The notes under the pieces are model-generated. The model did not search any database. It worked only from the letters and a program-made list of their open reading frames with translations, and was not told the origin of the DNA. Positions 1 through 10,226 of a stretch of DNA of 64,000 nt are shown piece after piece. The position numbers and the translations under genes were made by a program. The DNA is from Candidatus Latescibacterota bacterium (lineage in GTDB: Bacteria > Latescibacterota > UBA2968 > GCA-2709665), in NCBI GenBank assembly GCA_963662665.2, contig CAXXJS010000051.1, positions 1 through 64,000 of the forward strand, written 5' to 3'. Every line of letters starts with the position of its first letter. The first letter of the stretch is position 1.

Positions 1-822
1 GCAGGAAGCTGTCGCGGGTTGAGAGCCAAGGTTGGCCTCGATGCCGCGGATAGCCAAGTTCATGTGCGCCAGCCGCCAGGTGGTGGGATTGGACTCCTGG
101 CCGAAGATCGAGATGTCGGTCTTCTGTCCGCCATGGGCTTCCACGAAGCGCTCGGACTGCACGAACATCCCCGCCGAGCCGCAGCAGGGGTCGTAGACGC
201 GGCCCTCGTACGGCTCCAGCATCTCGACCAGCAGCCGCACGATGCAGCGCGGTGTGAAGAACTCGCCGCCGAGCTTGCCCTCGGCCTGGGCGAACTTGCC
301 GAGGAAGTACTCGTAGACCCGCCCGAGCGTGTCGCGGGCTTTGGCGCGATCGTCCTTGAACCCGATGTCGGCGATCAGATCGATTAGCCCATTCATCTTC
401 TCCGGCGCGATGCCGCGGCGGGCGTAGTCGCGCGGCAGCTTGCCCTTGAGGTTCGGGTTGTCGCGCTCGACGGCGAGGATAGCGTCGTCGATCAGTGTAG
501 CGATGTCCGGCCGTACGGCCTGATCCTGGAGGTTCTGCCAGCGTGCTTCGGGCGGCACCCAGAAGATCCGCTCGGCAGTGTATTCGTCGCAGTTCTCCAG
601 CAGGCTTTCGAGCTGAGGCCCGCTGATGCCGTCGGCTTCCAGTTCACCCCTGAGCTCGCCGCGCCGCGCCGCGAAGGAATCGGAAATGTACTTCAGGAAG
701 AGCAGGCCGAGGACGACGTGCTTGTACTCGGCAGCGTCGATCTGACCACGCAAGGCGTCGGCCAACTTCCAGAGGGTTTCGGCGTAGGCCAAGTCGGTGG
801 TGGCTGTGACATCGTTAGTCAT
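1..822 (-). CDS. hsdM: Type I restriction-modification methyltransferase subunit M, N-terminal part (runs off left edge; possible frameshift near nt 13)
   Basis: Manual translation from ATG at 822: [48 protein letters not shown]...GEFFTP...[12 protein letters not shown]...[20 protein letters not shown], which are typical HsdM motifs. Confidence 0.92.
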   Translation of the reverse strand, partial: MTNDVTATTDLAYAETLWKLADALRGQIDAAEYKHVVLGLLFLKYISDSFAARRGELRGELEADGISGPQLESLLENCDEYTAERIFWVPPEARWQNLQDQAVRPDIATLIDDAILAVERDNPNLKGKLPRDYARRGIAPEKMNGLIDLIADIGFKDDRAKARDTLGRVYEYFLGKFAQAEGKLGGEFFTPRCIVRLLVEMLEPYEGRVYDPCCGSAGMFVQSERFVEAHGGQKTDISIFGQESNPTTWRLAHMNLAIRGIEANLGSQPATASC

Positions 823-1569
823 GTCGTAGTCTAGACGCCCCCCTTCTGATTTCGAGTCTGTCACTCTCCCTAATAAAATAATTGGCGCATCCGAATCTGT
901 GTAAAGCGTTCGACTTGCCAGCGGTTCACGAGTAAACGACCGTGGTCTGCTCGTCGGTGAGCCCCAAAGCATCGACAACGTGTACCATTAGTTCGACAGG
1001 TGCCGCGGATCCTCCAAGATCATGGGTCGCTTGCAAAACCGGCCAGAGTAGATCAGCGATGCTGGGCATATTCACTTCGTCTGACTTATCATCAAGCTCT
1101 CAACGATGAATTGCGTTACGATATGGGCAGCCTTTTTTCGCGAGGTATACTGTGATATCGCGGAAAGGCATACAGCGCATCCTGATACATTAAGCGGCGG
1201 ATTTGACGTCTATAACCCGAAATTCAACTCCTTGGGCGGTGAGTTTGAAACCTCTTTGAGCTTATGTCCGGTGCCAGCATTTCTGAGCTTGTGCGTTCAC
1301 CAGAACATTACTGCAATACACTGAAGCATAAATCCCATAACGATAATGAATACGCTAAACTTGGCTATCCAATTCCTTTTTGACTGTCCCTTTCTCTATT
1401 CGTCCCGAGAATCATCCTCAATCTTAAAGAACGCCTCTGTCTGTGGATCAGGAAACTTCTCCGGCGCAAAACAGAATAGCAAGACACTTAGACCGGGATG
1501 GAAACCGGTTGTGGATTCAACGCCTGTTGGGTGAAGATTTCCGCCCCTGTCCAATTCTCTACCCACTAG

Positions 1570-3267
1570 TCTGAATAATTCACAAAAAAGGTAGTTTCCT
1601 TACCCAAGTCATTGTATTATATTATGGTTACGAGAATAACCTGATAACAATGAACCGGGAGGAAACTACCGTGGCAGGTCAAGATAAACAACAAAGGATG
1701 TCTTTCGCAAGTGTTTCTGGCAAACGGGTAGAAGCCACCTTCGACGGGGGCATGCTGACCAGCGACACCGGGGCGATGCTGCTTCGCGAGGTGGAATCCA
1801 GAATCGGCATTTTGTGTCGGATCGTCGAGGCGATAACAGATCGTCGGCATCCAAGTTACGTGGATCACCCGTCGGTGGACCTGCTGACTCAGCGTGTCTT
1901 TCAGATGGCGTGTGGGTATGAGGATGCGAACGACTGCAATGCGTTGCGTAGTGACCCCGGCTTCAAGGCGGCCTGCGATCGGTTGCCGGTCACCGGTGCC
2001 AACCTGGCCAGTCAACCCACGATGAGTCGGTTCGAGAACCGGATCACCAGAGGTGACTTATATCGTATCGCGAAGGCCTTTGCCGATGCGTTTATCGCCT
2101 CGTATAAGCACCCCCCTGAAGCCATTCTGTTGGATATCGATGACACGGAAGACAAGGTGTATGGATCCCAGCAGTTGTCGTTATTCAATGCGTATTTCAA
2201 GGGCTATTGCTACCAACCCCTGCATATCTATGAAGGGCAAACCGGCAAGTTGATCACGACGGTCTTGCGTCCGGGCCGCCGACCCACGGGCAAAGAGATC
2301 GTGTCGATTCTCAAACGGGTGATCGCCTACCTGCGTAAAGCATGGCCCGATGTCAAGATCCTGTTGCGTGGCGATTCACACTTTTCGTGTCCGGAAGTGC
2401 ACACGATGTGTGACGAAAACGATGTGTTTTTTATCCTCGGACAAGGCGGAAACGCGGTGCTGCTGCGGTTGGCACAGCCCTTGATGGACCAGGCCAAAGC
2501 GCTGTATGCCGATGGGGGAAAACCTGTGCGCCTGTATCGCTGTTGGGACTATCAGGCCGGCAGCTGGTCTTCCCCACGCCGCATCATCTGCAAGGCAGAA
2601 GTCACCCCGCAAGGTCACAATATCCGATTCGTGGTCACCAACCTGAACGGCGCACAACCGTCATTCATCTACAAAACCGCTTATTGCTCACGCGGCAGGA
2701 TGGAAAACTTCATCAAGAATCACAAGACCTTTCTGCATTCCGATCGCACCTCTTGCCACACCTTCCACGCCAATCACTTCCGGCTCTTTCTCCACAGCGC
2801 CGCCTATGTGTTGGTGCACGCCCTGGCCCATATCGGGTTGCGCGGCACCACGTGGACGAACGCCCAGTTTAATACGCTGCAAAACCGCATCTTGAAAGTC
2901 GCCGGGCGCGTTTGTGAACTGAAAACCAAAATCACGTTCCATCTGCCAACGGCGTTTCCACTCAAACACCTCTATCGAACCATGCTCTACAATCTGGGAA
3001 CCGCCATGCCATAACGTTTCCATCTGGAACAGGCCGCCTTCACGTCTTGATTGCTACCACCAAAAGCCATGGAGAAGTCTGTGCTCTTGGCAGTCACAAC
3101 AAGGTCATCCTGACGCCTCCACGCAACCCTGCTACAAAAATACACCCTGAAATCGCTTGAAAACGCCAGTTCCGCACAGCCAGCTTTCTCCTGCGTTCTT
3201 AGACTCACTCGAAAGCTGCTTCTGCTGCACGAATCTGCAATCCCTGACGATTCATGAATAGGTCAGG
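1570..3267 (+). mobile_element. IS1380-family insertion sequence, copy 1 (1698 bp)
   Basis: Same length and apparently identical to 33870-35567 in inverted orientation; imperfect terminal IRs TCTGAATAATTCA / CCTGACCTATTCA; flanked by CTAG at 1566-1569 and 3268-3271. Confidence 0.93.
1650..3014 (+). CDS. IS1380-family DDE transposase
   Basis: FDGGMLTSDTG, GYEDANDC, LASQPTMSRFEN, LDIDDT, RGDSHF and RGRMENFIK motifs. Confidence 0.93.
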   Translation: MNREETTVAGQDKQQRMSFASVSGKRVEATFDGGMLTSDTGAMLLREVESRIGILCRIVEAITDRRHPSYVDHPSVDLLTQRVFQMACGYEDANDCNALRSDPGFKAACDRLPVTGANLASQPTMSRFENRITRGDLYRIAKAFADAFIASYKHPPEAILLDIDDTEDKVYGSQQLSLFNAYFKGYCYQPLHIYEGQTGKLITTVLRPGRRPTGKEIVSILKRVIAYLRKAWPDVKILLRGDSHFSCPEVHTMCDENDVFFILGQGGNAVLLRLAQPLMDQAKALYADGGKPVRLYRCWDYQAGSWSSPRRIICKAEVTPQGHNIRFVVTNLNGAQPSFIYKTAYCSRGRMENFIKNHKTFLHSDRTSCHTFHANHFRLFLHSAAYVLVHALAHIGLRGTTWTNAQFNTLQNRILKVAGRVCELKTKITFHLPTAFPLKHLYRTMLYNLGTAMP

Positions 3268-3578
3268 CTAGGGAGAGAATCTTTCGCTGCCTGAATTCTC
3301 TCCCCGACGGAGAGAGAATCGCCGCGGCGCGTCCAATAACTAGCCTTGATTCGTCACTTTTCGGGGACGTTAAATCGATTTTACGCAAGTTAACAAAGGC
3401 GATCTGACTCTGGATTTCCAGGATACTTCAGGTCACTGGACCTGAACTGAAAAATGTCCATTTTATCGCCCTTTTCGGCCCATTTCGGAAGGTTTTGTCG
3501 CGGCGCCGCGTTGCTGTTTTTTCGTATTAAGGTTAGTATTTACACTACTGTATCCAAATGGATATCATAATCTTGTAA

Positions 3579-3669
<91 letters not shown>

Positions 3670-3726
3670 GCTCGAACGAGGGGACACACCGGAAATCCGC
3701 TCGCGACACCGACTTCCTTCGCCGCG

Positions 3727-4200
3727 TTACGCGTCTTTCCGGCGCAGATTTTGAAAGAACCGCTTCAACATCTCCGAACATGGTTCTCTGAGGACGGATC
3801 GACGAACGTCGATCCGATGGTTAAGCCTTGGATCATCGGCGATGTTTCGCAGCGAACCGCACGCGCCGGTTTTCGGATCGTCTGCGCCGAACACCAGGCG
3901 GGATACCCGCGCAAGCACGAGCGCACCCGCACACATGGCGCACGGCTCAAGCGTGACGTAGACGGTGCAGTCAGCCAGCCACTTCATTCCCGTTCGGGCC
4001 GTTGCGGAACGGATGGCCAGCATCTCCGCGTGCGCCGTGGAATCGCAGTCCCTCAATATGCGATTCTGACCCCGACCCACAACGTTCCCGTTGTGGAAGA
4101 TGACCGCCCCGACCGGCACTTCACCGGCATCGCCGGCGCATTGGGCCTCGGCCAGCGCCAGCCGCATTCCGGCTTCGTCCGCGTCGGTCAATTCGCGCAC
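3727..4200 (-). CDS. tadA: tRNA adenosine(34) deaminase
   Basis: GEVPVGAV, HAEMLAI, TLEPCAMCAGA and DPKTGACGS motifs; GTG start at 4200 preferred over the longer ORF. Confidence 0.93.
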   Translation of the reverse strand: MRELTDADEAGMRLALAEAQCAGDAGEVPVGAVIFHNGNVVGRGQNRILRDCDSTAHAEMLAIRSATARTGMKWLADCTVYVTLEPCAMCAGALVLARVSRLVFGADDPKTGACGSLRNIADDPRLNHRIDVRRSVLREPCSEMLKRFFQNLRRKDA

Positions 4201-4355
4201 CAATCGAGCAAAAAATCGTCTTCCGGAAAACCTCTGAATAGCCTGACAATAATACCGGTTTGCTTCTCCGGCGTCAACAATTTTCCTCTGAAACGGCAGT
4301 TGGCCGGAGGGGCGTTTCCATATCAAAAACCCACGCCGCTTCCCCGCCGAAAGGA

Positions 4356-5666
4356 TCACCCGCGGGCACCCAGCTTCATTGCGAAAAAGGGAATCAGCAT
4401 TTCCCGCTCGTGCAACCCGCCGTGGCGGCCGCCCACGATATCGGAAGGCACGGCGTCGTCCCTGTACGCGTAGAAAAGCGTGGTGCCGCCGAACATCAAC
4501 GCCAGCACATCCCCGATCCTGCCGGAAAACCCAGCCGCCCGCGGCCCGTTTCCCCACAGGCCATCGGCGAGCGCGCGTGGGGCCTTTGCGACGCACGCGG
4601 CTCCGGCCAGCCCGGATTCAAGAGCGGACATGACATCCGTTATTGCGCCGTCACGCACGTGAAAATACGCCGACCGCGCCGTCCCGGTCGGTGGCGCCAC
4701 CAGCCGGTGCTTCAGCCCTGGCAGTTCCGCAACCTGTACGATATCCGCCTCGTCCACTTGAATATGCCCGTGGTCGGCCAGAAGCATGAACGCGGCGTTC
4801 ACGTCCTGCCCCTCGAGTGGCGAAAGCAACTCTCTTTCAATCGAGTAGCCCAGGCTGTAGATCTCTCCCTCTGGTTCTTCACCCCGGGTACCGTATCTGT
4901 GCTGGATCGTATCCATCGTGTCCGTATACAGCCAGATGCACGCGGGCCGTCCCGGATCCGAGGTCACCATGCGTCGAACCTGGATAAACAGGTCCGACGC
5001 ATTCACAAACGGGATTACGTCCGTGGCGCCGTCGTACAACATCTCGGAAAGACCGCTGTGCGCCAGCGACCGATGAATCATGCAATAGGACGAAACCCCC
5101 GCCGCCGTCAACAGGCTGTGCACCGTGGGCACGCCCAGTAGCGCCCGGGCATCTCCGCTGTTCCGCAACATGCGGCCCGGGCGTTCGTCCACCTCGGGAC
5201 TCAGACGGATCATGTTCGCCACGTATCCCCTGTCCGGCAGGTACATCCGGTAGCCCACAACGCCGTGTCCGGCAGGCGGAAGCCCCGTGTGAAACGACGA
5301 AAGCGCCGCCGCGGTTGTCGACGGGAATACCGACGTGAGCGGCACGAACCTTCCCCGTTCCGCCAGCGCCTGGAATCCGGGAACCCGGCCCGATTCCATC
5401 GCCTGCGTCAAGGTCAGGAAACCCAGGGCGTCAACCAGCGTGATGACCAGTTTCTGTGCGCCCTTAAGTACGCCCCCCAGAACCTCTTCTGCCAGCTCCG
5501 GCGACCTGGCGCCGCCGATGCCAAAATGCCTCAACACGGTTGGCGCGACGTTCGCCAGGCTGTACCCGTCGTATGCCGGCCACACGAGTTCATCCGGCAA
5601 TGGCACGTTTCCGATTCTTGCAGGCCGCCGCAGTCGCTTCAGAATCCGCTGTGAAATCGGATTCAT
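4356..5666 (-). CDS. Alkaline phosphatase superfamily protein (nucleotide pyrophosphatase/phosphodiesterase-like)
   Basis: LVDALG, SVFPSTTAAAL, DTIQHRYG, LADHGH and GRHGGL metal-binding motifs. Confidence 0.85.
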   Translation of the reverse strand: MNPISQRILKRLRRPARIGNVPLPDELVWPAYDGYSLANVAPTVLRHFGIGGARSPELAEEVLGGVLKGAQKLVITLVDALGFLTLTQAMESGRVPGFQALAERGRFVPLTSVFPSTTAAALSSFHTGLPPAGHGVVGYRMYLPDRGYVANMIRLSPEVDERPGRMLRNSGDARALLGVPTVHSLLTAAGVSSYCMIHRSLAHSGLSEMLYDGATDVIPFVNASDLFIQVRRMVTSDPGRPACIWLYTDTMDTIQHRYGTRGEEPEGEIYSLGYSIERELLSPLEGQDVNAAFMLLADHGHIQVDEADIVQVAELPGLKHRLVAPPTGTARSAYFHVRDGAITDVMSALESGLAGAACVAKAPRALADGLWGNGPRAAGFSGRIGDVLALMFGGTTLFYAYRDDAVPSDIVGGRHGGLHEREMLIPFFAMKLGARG

Positions 5667-5844
5667 TCCATCTCCAGTCGCTGGGGTTCGTCAATGATCG
5701 GGACAAGGCACCAAATTAGACCGTACCGGACATGATGTCAAGGCCGAATCCCAACACAAAGACGCCCGCCGGGGCCCCTGCTACCGTACGAGAGAACGGC
5801 ACGTTATGCCGCGTTGGCGAAGGCCGCAGAATCCGATTTTGTGC

Positions 5845-5873
5845 TTGACACCACACGCGCCTTGTGGTAATTT
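5845..5873 (+). promoter_or_regulatory. Sigma70-type promoter of tRNA-Asn
   Basis: TTGACA, 17 nt spacer, TAATTT with an extended -10 TG, about 25 nt upstream of the tRNA. Confidence 0.7.
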
Positions 5874-5897
5874 CTTTCCGCTGCCGGATTCGAGGGT

Positions 5898-5973
5898 TCC
5901 GGCGTAGCTCAGCTGGCAGAGCGGGTGGCTGTTAACCACTAGGTCGTAGGTTCGAGTCCTACCGCCGGAGCCA
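5898..5973 (+). tRNA. tRNA-Asn(GTT)
   Basis: TCCGGCGTAGCTCAGCTGGCAGAGCGGGTGGCTGTTAACCACTAGGTCGTAGGTTCGAGTCCTACCGCCGGAGCCA, a 76 nt cloverleaf. Confidence 0.96.
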
Positions 5974-6158
5974 ATTATTCTACCGCCATCCCAGGCAGAT
6001 CGATAAGATCAATAATAGACGCGAAGCCCCGGAAGGCAGATCCTTCGGGGCCTTGTCGTATCAGGAACGAAACGGACACGGGGACCGAAAACCACTAACA
6101 ACGTTCCCGTAACCCGGAATCTCAGATCGGCGTCGAGCCGCGGACGGGAGCGGACGCC

Positions 6159-6614
6159 ATGGATGCAGGTACGGCCGGGAGTTCACCTGAGACCGGAAGG
6201 AATAGAGGCAGGAAGCCGGTCCTCCTTTCTGGCGGCAACCCTCAAATCGCGAAGGCCGACGGGAACGCTCCGGTACGCGACTATATCGCGGCCATGCCGG
6301 GCTGGAAATGCGACGTTGGGCGCCACCTCGACGACCTCATCGTTCGCGCCGTGCCTGACGTCCGCAAGGCCGTGAGGTGGAACTCGCCGTGGTATGGCAT
6401 CGAGGACAAAGGCTGGTTCGCGAGTTTCCACGTCTTTACCCGTTACGTCAAAGTGACTTTCCTCAACGGCGCGTTGCTTTGCCCCGTCCCGCCCGGCTCA
6501 GGCAAGGACAGGGACTCGCGCTGGGTTGACATATACGAAGGCGAACTCGACGAGGCGCAGATGGCGGCGTGGGTCCGGCAGGCGGCCGCCCTGCCAGGCT
6601 GGCGCGGGTTCTGA
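6159..6614 (+). CDS. DUF1801 (YdhG-like) protein
   Basis: LLSGGNPQIAKADG...YIAAMPGWK...KAVRWNSPWYG pattern. Confidence 0.75.
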   Translation: MDAGTAGSSPETGRNRGRKPVLLSGGNPQIAKADGNAPVRDYIAAMPGWKCDVGRHLDDLIVRAVPDVRKAVRWNSPWYGIEDKGWFASFHVFTRYVKVTFLNGALLCPVPPGSGKDRDSRWVDIYEGELDEAQMAAWVRQAAALPGWRGF

Positions 6615-6638
6615 CGACAGAAAGAGATACCGGAAAAT

Positions 6639-7322
6639 ATGGATACCTACCCAAGAAGAAGGTCGTTTTCGGTCCTGACCGTGCGCCTCGGATTTTTTGT
6701 GCTGCTCTTGAACTGCGCCGGCTCCGACGTGGATGATCCGGGAACAGCGGCCGTGAGCGGGCCGACGGTGGTCAACCCGAATCTCGCTTCAGGCGACGAA
6801 CTGAACGCACTCCCGGGAATGAGTCAGGATCTGGCAGGTGCGATTCAACAGCAGCGCCCTTTCCTCAAAATGGAAGCGCTGGACTCGGTTGTCACACGGC
6901 ACGTAAGCGGGGAGGAAGCCGAAAATATCTACGTTCGGATGTTCATTCCGATCAATCTGAATACGGCGAGCAACCGGGAAATACTCCTGGTACCGGGCGT
7001 TGGAGACAAGATGGCGCACGAGTTCGAGGAGTACCGTCCATATACGGCAATTGCCCAATGGCAGCGTGAGATCGGCAAGTACGTGGACGACGCAGAAATC
7101 GCGCGCATGGGGCAATACGTCTTTGTACCTATCGACCTGAATACGGCAACCAGAGAGGAAATCCTTGCCATCCCCGGCGTGGGCAGACGGATGGCGCACG
7201 AGTTCGAGGAGTACCGACCGTATTCGAGCATCGCACAATTCCGTCGCGAAATCGGAAAGTACGTGAACGACCAGGAGGTCGCGCGGTTGGAACGGTACGT
7301 GGAGATTCGACGACAGGAATAA
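6639..7322 (+). CDS. Putative lipoprotein with tandem helix-hairpin-helix (ComEA-like) repeats
   Basis: Hydrophobic N-terminus ending LLNC; repeated (N/D)LNTA..EIL..PGVG..MAHEFEEYRPY units. Confidence 0.75.
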   Translation: MDTYPRRRSFSVLTVRLGFFVLLLNCAGSDVDDPGTAAVSGPTVVNPNLASGDELNALPGMSQDLAGAIQQQRPFLKMEALDSVVTRHVSGEEAENIYVRMFIPINLNTASNREILLVPGVGDKMAHEFEEYRPYTAIAQWQREIGKYVDDAEIARMGQYVFVPIDLNTATREEILAIPGVGRRMAHEFEEYRPYSSIAQFRREIGKYVNDQEVARLERYVEIRRQE

Positions 7323-7360
7323 GGACGATCTATGGCGGATCCCGGACACTCGTCCAATTG

Positions 7361-7396
7361 AAAGACCCCGCGGTAAAGTGCCCGCGGGGTTTTGTT
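7361..7396. terminator. Intrinsic terminator between convergent genes
   Basis: AAAGACCCCGCGG-loop-CCGCGGGGTTTT hairpin. Confidence 0.65.
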
Positions 7397-7434
7397 ATAT
7401 CTATTATGTTATCAATATGTTATGTGCTATTCAG

Positions 7435-7497
7435 TTATTGTATGACTGACAGACCACGTGCCGCGTCATCGGTCAACTGAACATGAAAGGACGTCAT
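7435..7497 (-). pseudogene. Truncated RelE/ParE toxin remnant (20 aa)
   Basis: ATGA overlap with the antitoxin stop; MTSFHVQLTDDAARGL resembles a ParE N-terminus, then TAA. Confidence 0.6.
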
Positions 7498-7769
7498 CGA
7501 TCCGGTGTCCGCTCCCGGAGCCGCGTGATCACGTCCGCCGCTGCTTCCACTTGGCCGGCCTCAATCTGCCGGTTGCCCAGTGCGAGCATCTTGAGCAGTG
7601 CCATCGTCTCCTGTGTCTGTTCAAAGCTGTCAATGTCCTGCAGCACCACCTTGGCTTCGCCATTCTGAGTGATGACCATGGGTTCTCGCTGCTCGCCAAG
7701 CGTGCGTACAATCTCTGACACGTGGGCCTTGAGGTAGCTGATCGGCTTGATCTGGCTGGACAGTTTCAT
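7494..7769 (-). CDS. Phd/YefM family antitoxin
   Basis: MKLSSQIKPISYLKAH...PMVITQNGEAKVVLQD; AGGAGG RBS upstream of ATG 7769. Confidence 0.88.
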   Translation of the reverse strand: MKLSSQIKPISYLKAHVSEIVRTLGEQREPMVITQNGEAKVVLQDIDSFEQTQETMALLKMLALGNRQIEAGQVEAAADVITRLRERTPDR

Positions 7770-8088
7770 GGACACCTCCTTTCCAGTCCAAATATAGTCC
7801 ATAAACAGGTCCGATACAAGCGCCAATTTCGCGGGTCGCCGGCGCGTCAAAGCCAACCAGTCCTCTTCGATACCCTTTCCAATGCGCCGGTTGCGCTTCC
7901 ATTCGGTATCGCTGCGGTTTTCTTGCTGCAAGTTAAACTTCAAGATTGACCTGGACCCATCGAAGTTATATATAGTAAGTACCCGTACATAATTCGTACC
8001 ACTTCCGTGCATATTCCCGCCGTACAAATGGCTGGCTGACCCATCCCGGGGCCGCGGGTTGCATTGATTTCTCCTGGAGGCAGAACGC

Positions 8089-9738
8089 GTGCATGAATTC
8101 GATTTTCTCGGGGATCTGATAATCATACTGGGTTCGGCGGTCCTGGTTGCAACGGTACTGCGCCGCGCGGGCATCCCGTCGATCGCCGGGCTGATTCTCG
8201 CGGGCGCCCTCGCGGGACCCACGGCGCTTGGTCTGGTTGACGACACGCACCAGGTCGAGATGATGGCCGAGGTCGGGATTGTCCTCCTGCTCTTCGGGAT
8301 CGGTCTGGAACTCTCACTGAGCCATATGAGGCGCATGTGGCATGCCATCCTGTTGGGCGGCGGCATCCAGGTGGCCGCCACGATCCTTTGCACCGCGGCC
8401 GCCGCAAGCTGGTTCGGTCTTGCGCCCGGCCCCGCGGTGTTTCTGGGGTTCATCGTCGCCGTTTCCAGCACGGCAATCGTCCTGCGCGGGCTCTCCACGC
8501 GGGGCGAACTGGATGCGCCGCACGGCCGCCTGGCAGTCGGCATCCTGATCTTCCAGGACCTGAGTGTGGTGCCGATGATCCTGGCGGTGCCGTTTCTGGC
8601 AGGTCAGGATGGTACCACGAGGGAAATCGCGGTCGCTGCCGCTACGGGTCTTGCCATTCTGGCCGGTGTGCTTGTTGCAGCCAACCGAATCGTCCCCTAC
8701 ATACTCGGGTTCGTTGCCAGGTCGCGAGAGAGAGAACTGTTTGTCCTCACGGTGTTCCTCGTGTGTTTCGGAACTGCGTGGGTTCTCTCGATGGCGGGAA
8801 TATCGCTGGCGCTCGGGGCGTTCCTCGCGGGCCTGATCGTTGCCGGCAGCGAGTTTCGCCACCAGGCGATGTCGGACCTGATCCCTGTGCGCGAAGCCTT
8901 CGCGAGCGTGTTTTTCGTATCCGTGGGCATGCTGCTGGATGTCTCGGCAGTGTTCGAGCACCTGCTTCCAACGCTCGGGCTTTGCGGCCTGATTCTGATC
9001 GGCAAGTTCGCGATCGTATTCATCATGGGGCTGGTTCTCCGGCTGCCGCTCCGCGTGGCGATCCTTTCCGCGGCCACGCTGTGCCAGATCGGCGAGTTCT
9101 CATTCGTTCTCCTGAACGCGGCCTCCGGAACCGGCCTCCTCGGCGCAGCACTATCCCATAACCTTCTCCTCGCGATCATCCTGTCCATGTTGCTCACACC
9201 CATCGCCATCGCCTTCGCCCCTCACCTGGCGCTTGGGGTCACCCGAATTCCGTGGCTCAACCGGATTCTGGACGCCGAGCCCCCAGGGGTCGACACGCAC
9301 GAACCGCACAGCGACCACGTTATCGTCGCCGGATACGGACGGGCGGGCCGGGAAGTCTGCCACGCGGCCCGGGACGCGGGGTTCGCCTGCGTTGCGGTTG
9401 ACGTCAACGTGGACAACGTACGCAAGGCGCACGCGGCAGGTGACCTGGCGGTGTACGGCGACGTCACCCAGCCGGAAGTCCTGGAAGAACTCGGGTGCAG
9501 GGATGCGCGTCTGGTTGTGGTGACAATCAACGACACCCGGGCCACCGAGGTTGCCGTCCGCGCGGTCCGGCGCGTGGCCACGGACACGCCCATCATCGCG
9601 CGCACCATGTACGACATGGACGAGGGCTCACTTGTGGCCGCAGGCGCCACCCGCGTTATCACGGCCGAAGCGACCACCAGCCACGTTGTCGTCGACACCT
9701 GCCTCGCGGAACTGGGGTTGGAAGAGGCTGAGACGTAG
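8089..9738 (+). CDS. CPA2 cation:proton antiporter with C-terminal TrkA-N domain (KefB/KefC/YbaL-like)
   Basis: Multiple TM segments; GIVLLLFGIGLE, ILIFQDL, LGAFLAG, QIGEFSF; C-terminal HVIVAGYGRAG. Confidence 0.9.
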   Translation: MHEFDFLGDLIIILGSAVLVATVLRRAGIPSIAGLILAGALAGPTALGLVDDTHQVEMMAEVGIVLLLFGIGLELSLSHMRRMWHAILLGGGIQVAATILCTAAAASWFGLAPGPAVFLGFIVAVSSTAIVLRGLSTRGELDAPHGRLAVGILIFQDLSVVPMILAVPFLAGQDGTTREIAVAAATGLAILAGVLVAANRIVPYILGFVARSRERELFVLTVFLVCFGTAWVLSMAGISLALGAFLAGLIVAGSEFRHQAMSDLIPVREAFASVFFVSVGMLLDVSAVFEHLLPTLGLCGLILIGKFAIVFIMGLVLRLPLRVAILSAATLCQIGEFSFVLLNAASGTGLLGAALSHNLLLAIILSMLLTPIAIAFAPHLALGVTRIPWLNRILDAEPPGVDTHEPHSDHVIVAGYGRAGREVCHAARDAGFACVAVDVNVDNVRKAHAAGDLAVYGDVTQPEVLEELGCRDARLVVVTINDTRATEVAVRAVRRVATDTPIIARTMYDMDEGSLVAAGATRVITAEATTSHVVVDTCLAELGLEEAET

Positions 9739-9763
9739 ACAGGGTTGCTCGGCGCGGGGGCGG

Positions 9764-10167
9764 ACCTACCCCCTGACCCCCTTCCAGAAGGAAGTGGGAA
9801 TGTTGATTGGTCAGTTTACCGGTGAGGCGACTCTCAGCTTACCTCCCCCATTCCTTCAGGAGAGGGGCCGAGGGGAGAGGTGCGGGCACTGAGCCTGTCG
9901 AAGGGTCGGCGAAGGGTCAAAAAGGCGCCGGAACGCGGGCCCTTCGACAAGCTCAGGGACCGGCTCGGCTTCTGCGACTCCTCCTCAATGAGCAGGGATT
10001 GCGAGGGTGCGGCCCCGAGAGGCCGGGCGCCCAATGCCGGGCACCCCGGCGAGGCGTGGGTTGTGCTTACGAGGTGATGGCGCATTGTCAGATCGCGAAG
10101 GCCGTTCCTCCCTCTGCATTCCGGCAGAAGAACGATGAAAGTGGCAGACAGGAATGTCTGCCCCACC
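9764..10167. repeat. Cluster of REP/MITE-like palindromes of three types
   Basis: CCTACCCCCTGACCCCCTTCC / GGAGAGGGGCCGAGGGGAGAGG pair; CTGAGCCTGTCGAAGGG / CCCTTCGACAAGCTCAG inverted pair; GGCAGACAGGAATGTCTGCC hairpin. Confidence 0.6.
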
Positions 10168-10226
10168 TTCACACCCGCTTCCGACATGCCTCAGGGCCGG
10201 TGTCAGTCTAAGGGGACCAGAAGATC

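Noticed and set aside
847-870. TTCGAGTCTGTCACTCTCC resembling a tRNA 3' end (att site)
   Set aside because: Weak match and opposite orientation to tRNA-Ser
7770-8543. Long N-terminal extension of the antitoxin ORF (349 aa call)
   Set aside because: Antisense shadow of the antiporter; a clear RBS and ATG sit at 7769
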